Shown here: positions 8,390 to 17,930 of the stretch, piece by piece | How the letters are laid out: each line of letters opens with the position of its first letter | Numbering within the stretch: the stretch's first letter is position 1 | Assembly (NCBI GenBank): GCA_016182905.1 | Contig: JACPFR010000044.1 | Coordinates: forward strand, 59,000-122,999 | DNA: 64,000 nucleotides | DNA from: Elusimicrobiota bacterium | Lineage (GTDB): Bacteria; Elusimicrobiota; Elusimicrobia; UBA1565; UBA9628 | Reading direction: 5' to 3' | Notes under the pieces: generated by a model | The model's input: the letters and a program-made list of their open reading frames with translations, nothing else | Told to the model about the DNA's origin: nothing | The model's database searches: none | Made by a program: the position numbers and the translations under genes

Positions 8390-9658
8390 GTGCGGGCGCC
8401 GCTCGCGGCCGCCGTCCTCGCCGCGGCCCTGTGCGCCGCCGCGCCGGCCGACGCGCCGCCCCCCTCGCTCGACGAGGCGACGGCGGCCTTCAAGACGGGA
8501 GAGCGCAAGAGGGCCCTCGAGCTCCTCGCCGCGGCCCGGCCCCGGGAGGGCGGCGCCGAGCGGCGCGAGCGCGCGGCCCTGCTGTACGCCGACCTCAAGG
8601 ACTACGCCGCCGCCGAGTCGATGATGAACGACCTGATCCGCGAGTCTCCCGGCGAGCCGCGCCTGCGCCTCTACCTCGCGACCATCGTCGCGCGGGCCGG
8701 CGACCGCGCCGCGACGCTGAAGGCCCTCGCCGAGGCGCGCCGGCTCGGCCCGACCGCCCTGGACCGCCAGCGCATGGCCTTCCTCCACCAGGACTTCAAG
8801 GACTACGCCCCGGCGCGGGAGCTGCTCGACGGGCTGATCGCGGAGTCCCCGCGGGACCTGAGCGTCCGGCTCGACCGAGCCTCGCTGGCGGCGCAGAGCG
8901 GCGAACGCGACGCGGGCCTCGCGCACCTCGCCGCCGCGAGCAGGCTGAAGCCGGGACCGGAGGAGCGCCGCCGCATGGCCGGGCTGTACCGCGACCTGGG
9001 CGAATCCGGCCGGGCGCGCGCGCTGCTCGACGGCCTCATCAAGGACTCGCCCGCGGACGGACGGCTGAGGTTCGAGGCCGCCGCGCTCGCCGAGCGCGCC
9101 GGAGACCGCGACGCGGCGCTCGCCGCCATGGCCGAGGCCCTGCGCGCGGGCCTCGACCCCGACGGCCGCCGCCGCGCCGCGCTTTTCTATCAAGGGCTGG
9201 GCGAGCACGGCGAGGCCCGCGCCGTCCTCGCGGGGCTCGTCAAGGACGCGCCGCGCGAGCCGGGGCCGAGGATCGAGCTCGCCGAGTTCGAGGCGCGCCG
9301 CGGCGCGCGCGCCGCGGCGCTCGAGGCGCTCGCGGCGGCGAAGGAGCTCGAGCCGGACCTCCAGGAGCGCCAGCACATGTCCTTGGTCTACGAGGAGTTG
9401 AAGGAGCACGAGACGGCGCGCCTCATGATCGACGCGCTGATCGCCGAGCAGCCCGAGGACCCGCAGCTCCGGCTCAATCGCGCCTACTTCGCGGCCGACG
9501 TCGGCGACCGAGCCGGGGCGCTCGCGTTCCTCGCCGAGACCCGCGAGCGCGCGCCCGATCCCGACGACCGGCGGCGCATCGCGACGCTGTACGAGCGCCT
9601 CGGCGAGCACGCGGCGGCGCGCGCCGCGCTCGACGGCGCTCCGGAAAAAAGCCGTTGA
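8390..9658 (+). CDS. Secreted TPR-repeat protein
   Basis: GTG start 2 nt after the ankyrin stop. Signal peptide VRAPLAAAVLAAALCAAAPADA. Repeated roughly 34-aa units (ALLYADLKDYAAAESMMNDLIRESPGEPRLRLY...). Confidence 0.7.
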   Translation: MRAPLAAAVLAAALCAAAPADAPPPSLDEATAAFKTGERKRALELLAAARPREGGAERRERAALLYADLKDYAAAESMMNDLIRESPGEPRLRLYLATIVARAGDRAATLKALAEARRLGPTALDRQRMAFLHQDFKDYAPARELLDGLIAESPRDLSVRLDRASLAAQSGERDAGLAHLAAASRLKPGPEERRRMAGLYRDLGESGRARALLDGLIKDSPADGRLRFEAAALAERAGDRDAALAAMAEALRAGLDPDGRRRAALFYQGLGEHGEARAVLAGLVKDAPREPGPRIELAEFEARRGARAAALEALAAAKELEPDLQERQHMSLVYEELKEHETARLMIDALIAEQPEDPQLRLNRAYFAADVGDRAGALAFLAETRERAPDPDDRRRIATLYERLGEHAAARAALDGAPEKSR

Positions 9659-9698
9659 CGAAAACGGGAGCCGGGGCTATACTGCGTTTGAGGACGAC

Positions 9699-9890
9699 AT
9701 GAAGAAAACACTGGCGAAGTCGGTCCGGCACCACAAGGTTTCCTCTCGGAAAGCGAAGGGCGGCAAGGCGCTTGAGTTCGAGCAGGGCTGGAACGAGCTC
9801 GAGGCGCAGCATGACCGCCTGAAGACCGATTGGATGAGCCTCGCGGTCCAGCTCGGGATCGGCGGATCCGATAAAGCGGCTTACGACTAG
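9699..9890 (+). CDS. Small hypothetical protein (63 aa)
   Basis: ATG with GAGGA 7 nt upstream. Codon usage is unlike the flanking spurious ORFs. No recognisable domain. Confidence 0.35.
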   Translation: MKKTLAKSVRHHKVSSRKAKGGKALEFEQGWNELEAQHDRLKTDWMSLAVQLGIGGSDKAAYD

Positions 9891-9898
9891 GACTGCGG

Positions 9899-11170
9899 CT
9901 AGTCCTCTTCGGAGTCGGCACGGCGCTTGAGGCGCACGGTCCGCTTGCGGACCCTGTGACCGAAACGCGCGACGAGGGACTCCGCGAGGGCCAGAAGCTC
10001 TCCCGTCCACCTGCGGGCCTTCAGCCCGTCCAGAAGCGCGTGCCCGTCCAGCCTCGCCACCTCCGCCCATAGCGGCGTCTTCCTCGCCTCGGCCTCGAGC
10101 TCCGCGTGCTTCTCGGCCTCCCCAGTCTTCGTCGGCAGGTGGATCTCCTCCTTGACCGTCACCGACGCCTGGGCGCGCTCGCCGGCGATCACGGCGAGCT
10201 TCTCGGCTTCGGCCAGGTCGGCGATCTCCTCCTCGACCCTTTCACGCTCGGCCTCGACCACCTTCAGCTCGTCCTTGAGCCGCTTGCGGCGGCCCTCGAT
10301 CTCGGCGTAGCGCGCGACGAGCTTCACGCCTCCGTCCTTCGCGCGCTCCTCCGGCGGCAGAGCCGCCACCCGATGCTCGTCCCGGAAGAGCGGGCACAGG
10401 TCGCGATACTCGCACCAATCGCACAAGGAGGACTGCCTCGTCGGGAACTCATGGTCGTGCTTGATCCTCGAGATCAGCTCGGACGCGTCGGCCAGGAGCT
10501 TCGCGCGCGCGGCGTCGTCGCGGATGGAGACCAAGGTCTTGCCGTGGCGCACGTAATGCCACTTGAGGCGGACCTCCTTCGTGTCGGGCCACTCGCGGCG
10601 CACGGCCAGCTCGTAGAGCGCGAGCTGCCAGTCCTCGTCGGCGTGCTGCTGGTTCGGCAGGGACTTGGCCGTCTTGTAGTCCACGATCTCGAAGGCGCCG
10701 TCCGGCGCCAGCGCGAGGCGGTCCACGAAGCCCTCGATGCGGTACTCGTGCCCGTCGACCGTGATCGGGAACCCGACTCGTTTTTCGACGGCCACCGTGC
10801 GGTCCGCGGAGAACGGCTGGTGGCCCTCGTAGTACAGCTGGACGCAGTCGCGCCCGACCTTCCTCCAGTCGTCCTTGGCGAAGCGCGCGTCCTTCTCCAC
10901 GACCGTCTCGTCCCAGCCGTCCGAGAACTCCCGCTCGTAGATCTCCTGGAGCTCCGGGAGCGACGGGACCTTCCCCCCGGTCACGAGCCCGTACAATTCC
11001 TCGAACGCCGAGTGCACCGCCACGCCGACCACGGTCTCCGGCGTCTTGCGCATCCGGGAGATCTTGTCGACGTAGCGGTACTGGTAGCGCCTCGGGCAGT
11101 TCTGATAGACCGAGAGCTTCGACGGCGAGAACTTGGAGGAACGGTCCTCCTCCAAGTGGGGCTGGTCCAT
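9899..11170 (-). CDS. PD-(D/E)xK nuclease family protein (RecB-family exonuclease / Cas4-like) with C-terminal Cys cluster and coiled-coil tail
   Basis: N-terminus SPSKLSVYQNCPRRYQYRYV. Nuclease core EIVDYKTAK. C-terminal CDWCEYRDLCP resembles the Cas4/AddB-type 4-Cys iron-sulfur module. Confidence 0.75.
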   Translation of the reverse strand: MDQPHLEEDRSSKFSPSKLSVYQNCPRRYQYRYVDKISRMRKTPETVVGVAVHSAFEELYGLVTGGKVPSLPELQEIYEREFSDGWDETVVEKDARFAKDDWRKVGRDCVQLYYEGHQPFSADRTVAVEKRVGFPITVDGHEYRIEGFVDRLALAPDGAFEIVDYKTAKSLPNQQHADEDWQLALYELAVRREWPDTKEVRLKWHYVRHGKTLVSIRDDAARAKLLADASELISRIKHDHEFPTRQSSLCDWCEYRDLCPLFRDEHRVAALPPEERAKDGGVKLVARYAEIEGRRKRLKDELKVVEAERERVEEEIADLAEAEKLAVIAGERAQASVTVKEEIHLPTKTGEAEKHAELEAEARKTPLWAEVARLDGHALLDGLKARRWTGELLALAESLVARFGHRVRKRTVRLKRRADSEED

Positions 11171-11174
11171 GGGC

Positions 11175-12410
11175 TTAGATCATCTCCAGCAGGGCGAAGT
11201 GCAGGTACTCCGTCTCCGGCATCGACAGCAGGATCGGATGGTCGAGCGCCTGGCCGCGCAAAGTCACGAAGCGCATCGGCCGCTCGGCCTTCGCCTGCGC
11301 GTTGCGCAGCATCAGCACGAAGTCCTCGCGCGAGACGTGATGCGAGCACGTCGCCGTGACGAGCAGGCCGCCCTTGGGCAGGGCGCGCATCGCCTGGGCG
11401 TTGAGCTTCGTGTACAGGCGCAGGGCCTGCGGCAGGTGCTTCTTGGCCGGCACGAGGCTCGGCGGGTCCAGCACGATCATGTCGGGCTTGAAGGGCTGCT
11501 GGCCGCGCGCGAACGACTCCAGCACCGTCTCCGCGTCGCCCTCGTCGGCCGACACGATCCCGTCCACGCCGTTGAACTTCGCGTTCTCCCGGGCGAGCTG
11601 CACCGCGGGGCCCGAGCTGTCGAGCGCGAGCACCGACTTCGCCCCGCCCTTGGCCGCGGCGATCGCGAAGCCGCCGGTGTAGCAGTACAGGTCGAGCACG
11701 CTGCGCCCCGAGAAGTAAGGCCGCAGGAAGGCGCGGTTCTCGCGCTGGTCGAAGTAGTGGCCGGTCTTCTGGCCCTCGCCGAGGGGCGCCGCGAAGCGCA
11801 GGCCGTTCTCCGTGATCGGAACGCGCTCGGGGACCGTGCCCGTCAAGGTCCGGCATTCGAGGGGAAGGCCCTCGAGGGCCCGCACCTTGTGGTCGTTCTT
11901 GAGGAAGATGCCCTTCGGCTTGACCAGCTCCTCGAGCGCGGCCTGGATCCACGGCATGCGGCGCTCGATGCCGGCGGACATCACCTGGAGCACGAGGTAC
12001 TGGCCGTAGCGGTCCACGACGAGACCGGGAAGCCCGTCCGACTCGCCGTAGCAGAGACGGTAGGACGTCTCGCCCGGCAGCGCCTTCTCCCGGTACGCGA
12101 TGGCCTCGGCCAGGCGCCGTCTGAAAAAGCCTTCGTCGATGATCTCTTTCGGGTCGCGGGTGATCACGCGGCCGCCGATGAGGCTGTTCGGGTTGTAGAA
12201 CGCCATGCCGAGCGAGGTCCCGCCGGCGGTCACGACGACGCCGAGGTCGCCCGGCACGGGAGGGTGGTCCGACAGGACCTCCTTGATCTCGTTGGAGAAG
12301 ATCCAGAGGTGCCCCGCCTTGACGCGCTTGTCGCGGTCCGGGTTGAGGATGATGCGCAGCGGCTTCTCGGCGACGGCGGCTTCGGGCGCGGCTTTGGCGG
12401 CGTCAGTCAT
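11175..12410 (-). CDS. Class I SAM-dependent 23S rRNA m5C methyltransferase (RlmI-like, PUA + methyltransferase domains)
   Basis: PUA-like N-terminus. SAM-binding motif VLDLYCYTGGFAIAAA and DPPS catalytic motif. 411 aa. Confidence 0.8.
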   Translation of the reverse strand: MTDAAKAAPEAAVAEKPLRIILNPDRDKRVKAGHLWIFSNEIKEVLSDHPPVPGDLGVVVTAGGTSLGMAFYNPNSLIGGRVITRDPKEIIDEGFFRRRLAEAIAYREKALPGETSYRLCYGESDGLPGLVVDRYGQYLVLQVMSAGIERRMPWIQAALEELVKPKGIFLKNDHKVRALEGLPLECRTLTGTVPERVPITENGLRFAAPLGEGQKTGHYFDQRENRAFLRPYFSGRSVLDLYCYTGGFAIAAAKGGAKSVLALDSSGPAVQLARENAKFNGVDGIVSADEGDAETVLESFARGQQPFKPDMIVLDPPSLVPAKKHLPQALRLYTKLNAQAMRALPKGGLLVTATCSHHVSREDFVLMLRNAQAKAERPMRFVTLRGQALDHPILLSMPETEYLHFALLEMI

Positions 12411-12546
12411 GGTGATTCTCCTTGCGTCAGGGTTCGGCTAAAGGCAGCCGCCCCTCTATTTTTTTACCACGAAGACACAAAGACGCGAAGGAAACGTCGT
12501 TCTTAGCGACTTGGCGTCTTGGTGGTTCGATTAACTGTACAAGAAA

Positions 12547-13857
12547 CTAGAGGCAGCCTCCCCGCTTGAGGATCTCGCGGGCGGAAGCGCCGTAGGGCTC
12601 GAGCGAGAAGCAGGCGTCGAGCTCCTTGGCGGACAGGCGCTTCGACACGTCGGGGTCGCCCGCCAGGTGCTCGCGCAGCGGGCGGCCGTCCTTCCAGGTC
12701 TTCATCGCGTTGCGCTGCACGAGGTCGTACGCCTCGAGGCGGCCGAGGCCGGCGTCGATGAGGCGCAGCAGGACCTTCTGCGAGAAGACGAGGCCGTTCA
12801 TCTTGTCGAGGTTGCGCTTCATGTTCTCCGGGAACACCTGCAGGCCGTCGAGCACCTGCTCGAGACGATGGAGCATGAAGTCGAGGGCGATGTGGGCGTC
12901 GGGGATGATCATGCGCTCGTTCGAGGAGTGCGAGATGTCCCGCTCGTGCCACAGCGCGCAGTTCTCCGTCACCGCCGACTCGTAGGTGCGGATCAGGCGC
13001 GCGAGGCCGCACAGGTTCTCGCACAGCACCGGGTTGCGCTTGTGGGGCATCGCGGAAGACCCCTTCTGCCCGTCGGAGAACGGCTCCTCGAGCTCGAGGA
13101 CCTCCGTCTTCTGCAGGTGCCGGATCTCGAGGGCGATGCGCTCGACGAAGCAGGCGGTCAGCACGAGCGAGTGGAAGTACTCGGCGTAGCGGTCGCGCGG
13201 CACGACCTGGGTCGAGACCGGCTCGGGGCGCAGGCCGAGCGCGTCGAGGACCTTCGCCTCGACCTCGGGCGAGAGCTGAGAGAACGCGCCGACGGCGCCG
13301 GAGACCTTCCCGTAGGCGATGAGCTCGCGCGCGGCGCGCAGCCGGCGCAGGCAGCGCAGGCCCTCGGCGTGCCAGCCGGCGACCTTGATGCCGAAGGTGA
13401 TGGGCTCGGCGTGGACGCCGTGGGTGCGGCCGACCATCCAGGTGCGCTCGTGCTTCTTGGCCAGGGCCTTCAGGCGCTTGAGTACGGCCTCGACGCCGGC
13501 GACGAGCAGGTCGGCCGAGTCGCGCAGCTGCAGCGCCATCGAGGTGTCGAGCACGTCGGAGGAGGTCATCCCGAAGTGCAGGTAGCGGTCGACCTTGGGA
13601 GCGGTCTTCTTCAGCTCGCCGGCGACGGCCGCGAGCATGCCGATGACCTCGTGGCCGGCGCTCGACTCCTTGCGGCGGGAGGCGTCGAGCAGGGACTTCT
13701 CGAGCAGCTTGCGCAAGGTCTTGAGCTCGGAGGCGGGCACGCCCTTCTCCGGGGCGATCGCCTTGAGCAGCTCCTCCTCGACGCGCAGCATCGCGCGCAG
13801 GCGGTTGTCGTCGGACCATATCTCGCCCATCGCGGGGCGGGTGTAGCGTGGGATCAT
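12547..13857 (-). CDS. purB: Adenylosuccinate lyase
   Basis: Start at MIPRYTRPAMGEIW with AGGAGG ribosome-binding site; the 772-aa ORF is an artefactual extension. Fumarate-lyase signature GSSAMPHKRNP. 436 aa. Confidence 0.9.
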   Translation of the reverse strand: MIPRYTRPAMGEIWSDDNRLRAMLRVEEELLKAIAPEKGVPASELKTLRKLLEKSLLDASRRKESSAGHEVIGMLAAVAGELKKTAPKVDRYLHFGMTSSDVLDTSMALQLRDSADLLVAGVEAVLKRLKALAKKHERTWMVGRTHGVHAEPITFGIKVAGWHAEGLRCLRRLRAARELIAYGKVSGAVGAFSQLSPEVEAKVLDALGLRPEPVSTQVVPRDRYAEYFHSLVLTACFVERIALEIRHLQKTEVLELEEPFSDGQKGSSAMPHKRNPVLCENLCGLARLIRTYESAVTENCALWHERDISHSSNERMIIPDAHIALDFMLHRLEQVLDGLQVFPENMKRNLDKMNGLVFSQKVLLRLIDAGLGRLEAYDLVQRNAMKTWKDGRPLREHLAGDPDVSKRLSAKELDACFSLEPYGASAREILKRGGCL

Positions 13858-15068
13858 GCGACCTCCTGTAGAACGAGACCTTCCTCGGCGCGGTCGAGGC
13901 TGCGTCCGAGGCGATGGAAGCCCCAGCCGGCCGCGCCCGCGAGCGCGCCCGCGGCCAGCCACGGCACGGGCGTCCAGCGTCCGCTGAAATGCTCGTAGCC
14001 GAGGCCGCCGAACAGCGGGCCGAGCGCCTGGCCGAGCGACTGCAGCAGGCCGTGAAAACCGAGATAGCGGCCCTTGAGCCCGGCCGGCGCGAGGTTGGCC
14101 GCGACCGATTCGACGCTCGGGGAGACGACGATCTCGCCGAGCGTCACGATCGCCATGCCGAGCGCGAGCGGCCACCAGCCGCGCGCGAAGCCGACCCAGG
14201 ACCAGCCGGCGAGGTAGAACAGGCAGCCCGCGGCGGCGGCCCGGGTGAGCGCGACCCGCTCGACGGCGCGCGTGGCCGCCCGCTGGAACAGGACGACGAG
14301 GGCTCCGTTGACCCCGAACAGGAAGCCGACCTCGGCCGTGGCGAGGCCCCCGTGGGCCGTCGCGTGCACCGACAGCGGCGCGACGAGCTGGGACATCGAG
14401 CAGGTCACGAGCAGGCTCAGGATCCCTAGCTCCAGGAAGCGCGGGTCGCGGGCCGCCGTCAGGCTCCCGCTCCAGGCGAAGCCCTCGCCGGAACGGGCCG
14501 CGGGCGCCGCGGGCACGAGGCCGAGGAGCAGCCCGACGCAGAGCAGGCACATCGCCGAGGTCGCCGCGAACATGAACGCGTACGAGTACCCCGCCATGAA
14601 GCCGCCGATCGCCGGGCCGACGGCCCACGCCGCGTTCTGAGCGACGCGCAGCGCGCCGTACGCGCGGGCGCGCCCTCCGGCCGGATGCTCGTGCGCGATC
14701 CACGCGCGCACCGCCGGGGAATAAAAATGACCGAGGAACGCGCCGAGGACGTGCACGGCGACGATGACGGCCACCGGCCATTCCCCGGCGACGCCCGCCG
14801 CCAGCAGCGCGGTGAACGCCGCCCGGGAGGCGACCGACAGGACCATCACGCGCTTGCAGCCCCACACGTCGGCGAGCTCCCCGCCGAGCGCCTGACCGAC
14901 CGCCGCCGCCGCGATCGCGCCGCTGACCGCGAGCCCGACGAGGCCCATCGGCATCCCCCGCTGCTCGTGGAAGTACAGGGTCAGGAACGGGAAGGACAGC
15001 GCGAAGCCCGCCACCAGGACGCCGTGGCAGAGGAGGAGGGCGTTCAGCGCGGTCTTCGGCTTGGTCAT
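13854..15068 (-). CDS. MFS transporter
   Basis: Start at MTKPKTALN. Twelve predicted transmembrane segments. 4-bp overlap with the purB start. Confidence 0.75.
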   Translation of the reverse strand: MTKPKTALNALLLCHGVLVAGFALSFPFLTLYFHEQRGMPMGLVGLAVSGAIAAAAVGQALGGELADVWGCKRVMVLSVASRAAFTALLAAGVAGEWPVAVIVAVHVLGAFLGHFYSPAVRAWIAHEHPAGGRARAYGALRVAQNAAWAVGPAIGGFMAGYSYAFMFAATSAMCLLCVGLLLGLVPAAPAARSGEGFAWSGSLTAARDPRFLELGILSLLVTCSMSQLVAPLSVHATAHGGLATAEVGFLFGVNGALVVLFQRAATRAVERVALTRAAAAGCLFYLAGWSWVGFARGWWPLALGMAIVTLGEIVVSPSVESVAANLAPAGLKGRYLGFHGLLQSLGQALGPLFGGLGYEHFSGRWTPVPWLAAGALAGAAGWGFHRLGRSLDRAEEGLVLQEVA

Positions 15069-15661
15069 TCGCCGTCGCTGCCGAGCTCGATCTCGCGCTT
15101 GGCCGTCGAGAGCGGGACGCCGGCCGCGCACTGCGGGCAGGTCTCGGGCGAGGCGGCCTCGAGCGGATAGCCGATCAGGCTGCGCACGGGCACGCCGAGG
15201 CACAGCGGCGCCTTCGAGCGGTCCACCATCGCGGCGACGCCGACGACGCGCGCGCCGTAGGCCTGGGCGAGCGCGACGACCTCGCCGTTCGAGCGGCCCG
15301 TCGTGAGGACGTCCACGACGACGAGCGCGCGCTCGCCGCGCTCCAGGCGGAAATCGCGGCGGAACGCCATCGTGCCGCCGACGCGCTCGGTGAAGATCGC
15401 GCGGCTCTTCTTGGCGCGGGCGACCTCCTGGCCGAGGACGACCGAGCTCATGCCCGTCGAGATCACGACGTCGACCGCGGCCAGGAACTTGGACGCGATC
15501 GCCTTGGCGACCTTCTGGGCGACGTGCGGATATTGGAGGACCAAAGCGGGCTGGAGGTAGACCGGGGTGTGGAGGCCCGACGCGAGCCGGAAGTGCCCGC
15601 TCGCCACCGCGCCGTGCTCCTGAAGCAGGCCCAGCACGTCCATCTTGTTCATTCGGCTCAT
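15065..15661 (-). CDS. Type I phosphoribosyltransferase, orotate phosphoribosyltransferase-like (PyrE-like)
   Basis: GHFRLASGLHTPVYLQ resembles the OPRTase loop. PRPP-binding motif ALVVVDVLTTGRS. Start chosen at MSRMNKM with GGAG ribosome-binding site. 198 aa. Confidence 0.7.
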   Translation of the reverse strand: MSRMNKMDVLGLLQEHGAVASGHFRLASGLHTPVYLQPALVLQYPHVAQKVAKAIASKFLAAVDVVISTGMSSVVLGQEVARAKKSRAIFTERVGGTMAFRRDFRLERGERALVVVDVLTTGRSNGEVVALAQAYGARVVGVAAMVDRSKAPLCLGVPVRSLIGYPLEAASPETCPQCAAGVPLSTAKREIELGSDGE

Positions 15662-15674
15662 CTCGTTCTCCTGG

Positions 15675-17909
15675 TCACAGAGTCTGCAGCTTCTCGATCG
15701 CGTCGAAGCGCTTCTTGCCCGAGGAGCGGCCTTCCTCGAGCTTCCGCTCGATTTCATCCACGGGGATTTTCTTAAAACGCGGCTCGAGCTCGGGCTTGTT
15801 GAGGTCGCCCTTCACGCGGAAGCCGATGGACGGGCGGCCGGCCTCGTCCACCCACCACTCGGGCAGGACGCCGTCGTACTTCGCCAGGCGCGTCAGGACG
15901 TTCATGTCCACCTGCTCGCGGGCGAAGTCGGCGGTACCCTCGGCGAACGCGGCGAGCTGCGGGGAGTCGACGTGGAAGTAGCGCGTCGTGGCGACGCCCT
16001 TGGTCAGGCCGTATTCGCTCTCGATCCTCTGGAAGTCGAGGGTCTTCGGGTAGGCGGTGGCCGTGCTGAAGATGGAGAACTTGTTCATCTTGTGCATGTA
16101 GATGAAAGGGAGGAAGATCACCCGCAGCAGCTTGTGGGAGTCCTGCACCGCCGGGATGTCCGCCACGCGCCCGGGGCCGAAGCGCACGCGGGCCTCGCCG
16201 CCGACCTTGTCGAGCGCGGGCGTCACGCCGCGGATCGACCAGAGCAGGTCGAGGTCCTTGCACCAGAAGTTCTCCTGCCTCACCTCGGTCACGCGCAGGT
16301 GGCCGGCGGTGTCCGGGAAGCCGCGCGGGATGACGTACTTGAAGGTGCTGACCCACGGCCGGGCCTGGCGGCGCTCCAGCTCCTGCGGCGACAGCGTGCG
16401 CGTCGAGATCGAGGCCGCGATGCCGGTCACGAGCTTCTGGGCGTCCTCCCACACGATCTTATCGAGGTTGCCGGAGATCAGGACCTCCTTCGGCGCGGAA
16501 AGGCGGTCCACGCGCCCCCTCAGGCGCAGGCGGGACTCTCCCCAGCGCAGCGCGAGGTTCTCGACGGTCAGGGTCTGCTTGGCCACCGACAGGGTGACGG
16601 CGATGTCGTCGAAGGCGTTGCCGTACGCGACGACCCGGCCCTTCGTGACCGAGGCCTTGACCGAGGCGAACTCGTCGGTGACGAACGCGTCCAGGTCGAG
16701 GATCTCGACGCGGCGGTCGCCCCAGTCCGCACCGAAGCCGCGCAGGCTGATCACGGCCTCCTTGAGCTGCAGGGCGCCGAGCTTGCCCTCGATGGTGCCG
16801 CTCAGGGCGGCCTTGCCGCGGGGATCTCGGGCGGCCCAGGACGGATGCCAGTCCTTGAGGTTCTCGAGCACCGCGTCCTTCGTCGCGATCCGGGCGCTCA
16901 GGGAGGCGGTGTCCGAGGTCAGGTCGAAGACGCCGCTCGCGTTCGCCGTGCCCGCGGGCGTCGCCACGGCGAGGCGCTCGACGTTCCAGATCGTCTGCGC
17001 GGACCAGTTCACGCGAGCGCTCACCTTCGTCGCGGGCAGGGACAGCTTGAGGTCGCGGCCGGTCCAGCGCGGCCAGCGCTCGGCCCCGAGGGCGGGCACG
17101 TCGGCCTCGATCTCGAAGACGGGGCGCTGGAAGCCGGCGACCGAGCCCGAGCCCGTGACCGTGACGCCGTCCGCCTCGGCCGTGAACCGGTGCGCGGTCG
17201 CCGTGGCGCTCGACCAGCGCAGGCCGGCGAGGTCCATGACGCCCTCGGCCGAGACGCTCGTCGTCAGCGTGCGCGTGCCGAACGTGACGGCGTTGACGAA
17301 GGACAGCTCGAGAGGGAAGGGCTGATCCTGGTCGAAGCTGTCGGCGCGCAGCGTGAGCCGCTCGAAGGAGATCTTCCGGCCCCGCTTGCGGTCGTCGAAC
17401 TTGAGGACGCCGTCGTTGACGATGGTCTCCGCCGCGGCGAGCGCCAGCGGCAGGGCGCCGCCGGGCGCGGCCTTCGTGGCCGTGAACAGGTCCGCGATGT
17501 CCCAGGTCCCGTCCGCCTCGCGCGTCAGGAAGATCTGGGGAGACTCCAGGCGCACCGCGTCGAACTCGAGGCGGCGGCGCAGCAGCGGGCGGAGCTTGAC
17601 GGTGACGAGCGCCGTGTCGCAGACGAGCTGGTCGCCCTCGGAGCCGGAGGCGCGGCGCACGCGCAGGCCCTTGATCTTCAGGCCGCGCGGGCTGAGGATC
17701 ATCTTCTCGATCGTGACCTCGCGGTGCAGCAGGGCCTGAAGCTGCGAGACGGCGATGGCGCGCGCCTCCTCCGGGCCGAACTTGTGCTGGGCGTAGATCC
17801 CGACGCCGGCGACGATCAGGACCAGGACGACGAAGGAGAGGCCGAAACCGCGGAGCACGGTCCGGAAGGCGGCGGCAAGGAGTCGAAGCGCCCCTTTAGG
17901 GCCTTCCAT
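15675..17909 (-). CDS. AsmA-family outer-membrane biogenesis protein (AsmA/TamB-like)
   Basis: N-terminal membrane anchor followed by a long beta-rich AsmA domain and AsmA_2-like C-terminus. 744 aa. Confidence 0.7.
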   Translation of the reverse strand: MEGPKGALRLLAAAFRTVLRGFGLSFVVLVLIVAGVGIYAQHKFGPEEARAIAVSQLQALLHREVTIEKMILSPRGLKIKGLRVRRASGSEGDQLVCDTALVTVKLRPLLRRRLEFDAVRLESPQIFLTREADGTWDIADLFTATKAAPGGALPLALAAAETIVNDGVLKFDDRKRGRKISFERLTLRADSFDQDQPFPLELSFVNAVTFGTRTLTTSVSAEGVMDLAGLRWSSATATAHRFTAEADGVTVTGSGSVAGFQRPVFEIEADVPALGAERWPRWTGRDLKLSLPATKVSARVNWSAQTIWNVERLAVATPAGTANASGVFDLTSDTASLSARIATKDAVLENLKDWHPSWAARDPRGKAALSGTIEGKLGALQLKEAVISLRGFGADWGDRRVEILDLDAFVTDEFASVKASVTKGRVVAYGNAFDDIAVTLSVAKQTLTVENLALRWGESRLRLRGRVDRLSAPKEVLISGNLDKIVWEDAQKLVTGIAASISTRTLSPQELERRQARPWVSTFKYVIPRGFPDTAGHLRVTEVRQENFWCKDLDLLWSIRGVTPALDKVGGEARVRFGPGRVADIPAVQDSHKLLRVIFLPFIYMHKMNKFSIFSTATAYPKTLDFQRIESEYGLTKGVATTRYFHVDSPQLAAFAEGTADFAREQVDMNVLTRLAKYDGVLPEWWVDEAGRPSIGFRVKGDLNKPELEPRFKKIPVDEIERKLEEGRSSGKKRFDAIEKLQTL

Positions 17910-17930
17910 GGAGCCTCATAAGGAATGATT

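Noticed and set aside
7847-9658. 603-aa ORF beginning inside the ankyrin gene.
   Set aside because: The N-terminal 180 residues are Arg/Gly noise overlapping the ankyrin frame. The real TPR protein starts at GTG 8390 with a signal peptide.
12411-12546. T-run (CTCTATTTTTTT) on the plus strand between purB and the RlmI-like gene, considered as a terminator.
   Set aside because: Both flanking genes are on the minus strand, where this is an A-run. No convincing hairpin precedes a U-tract in the minus orientation.
12547-14865. 772-aa ORF fusing purB with an upstream frame.
   Set aside because: The PurB homology begins at MIPRYT (13857), which has its own ribosome-binding site. The upstream part overlaps the MFS transporter gene in another frame.
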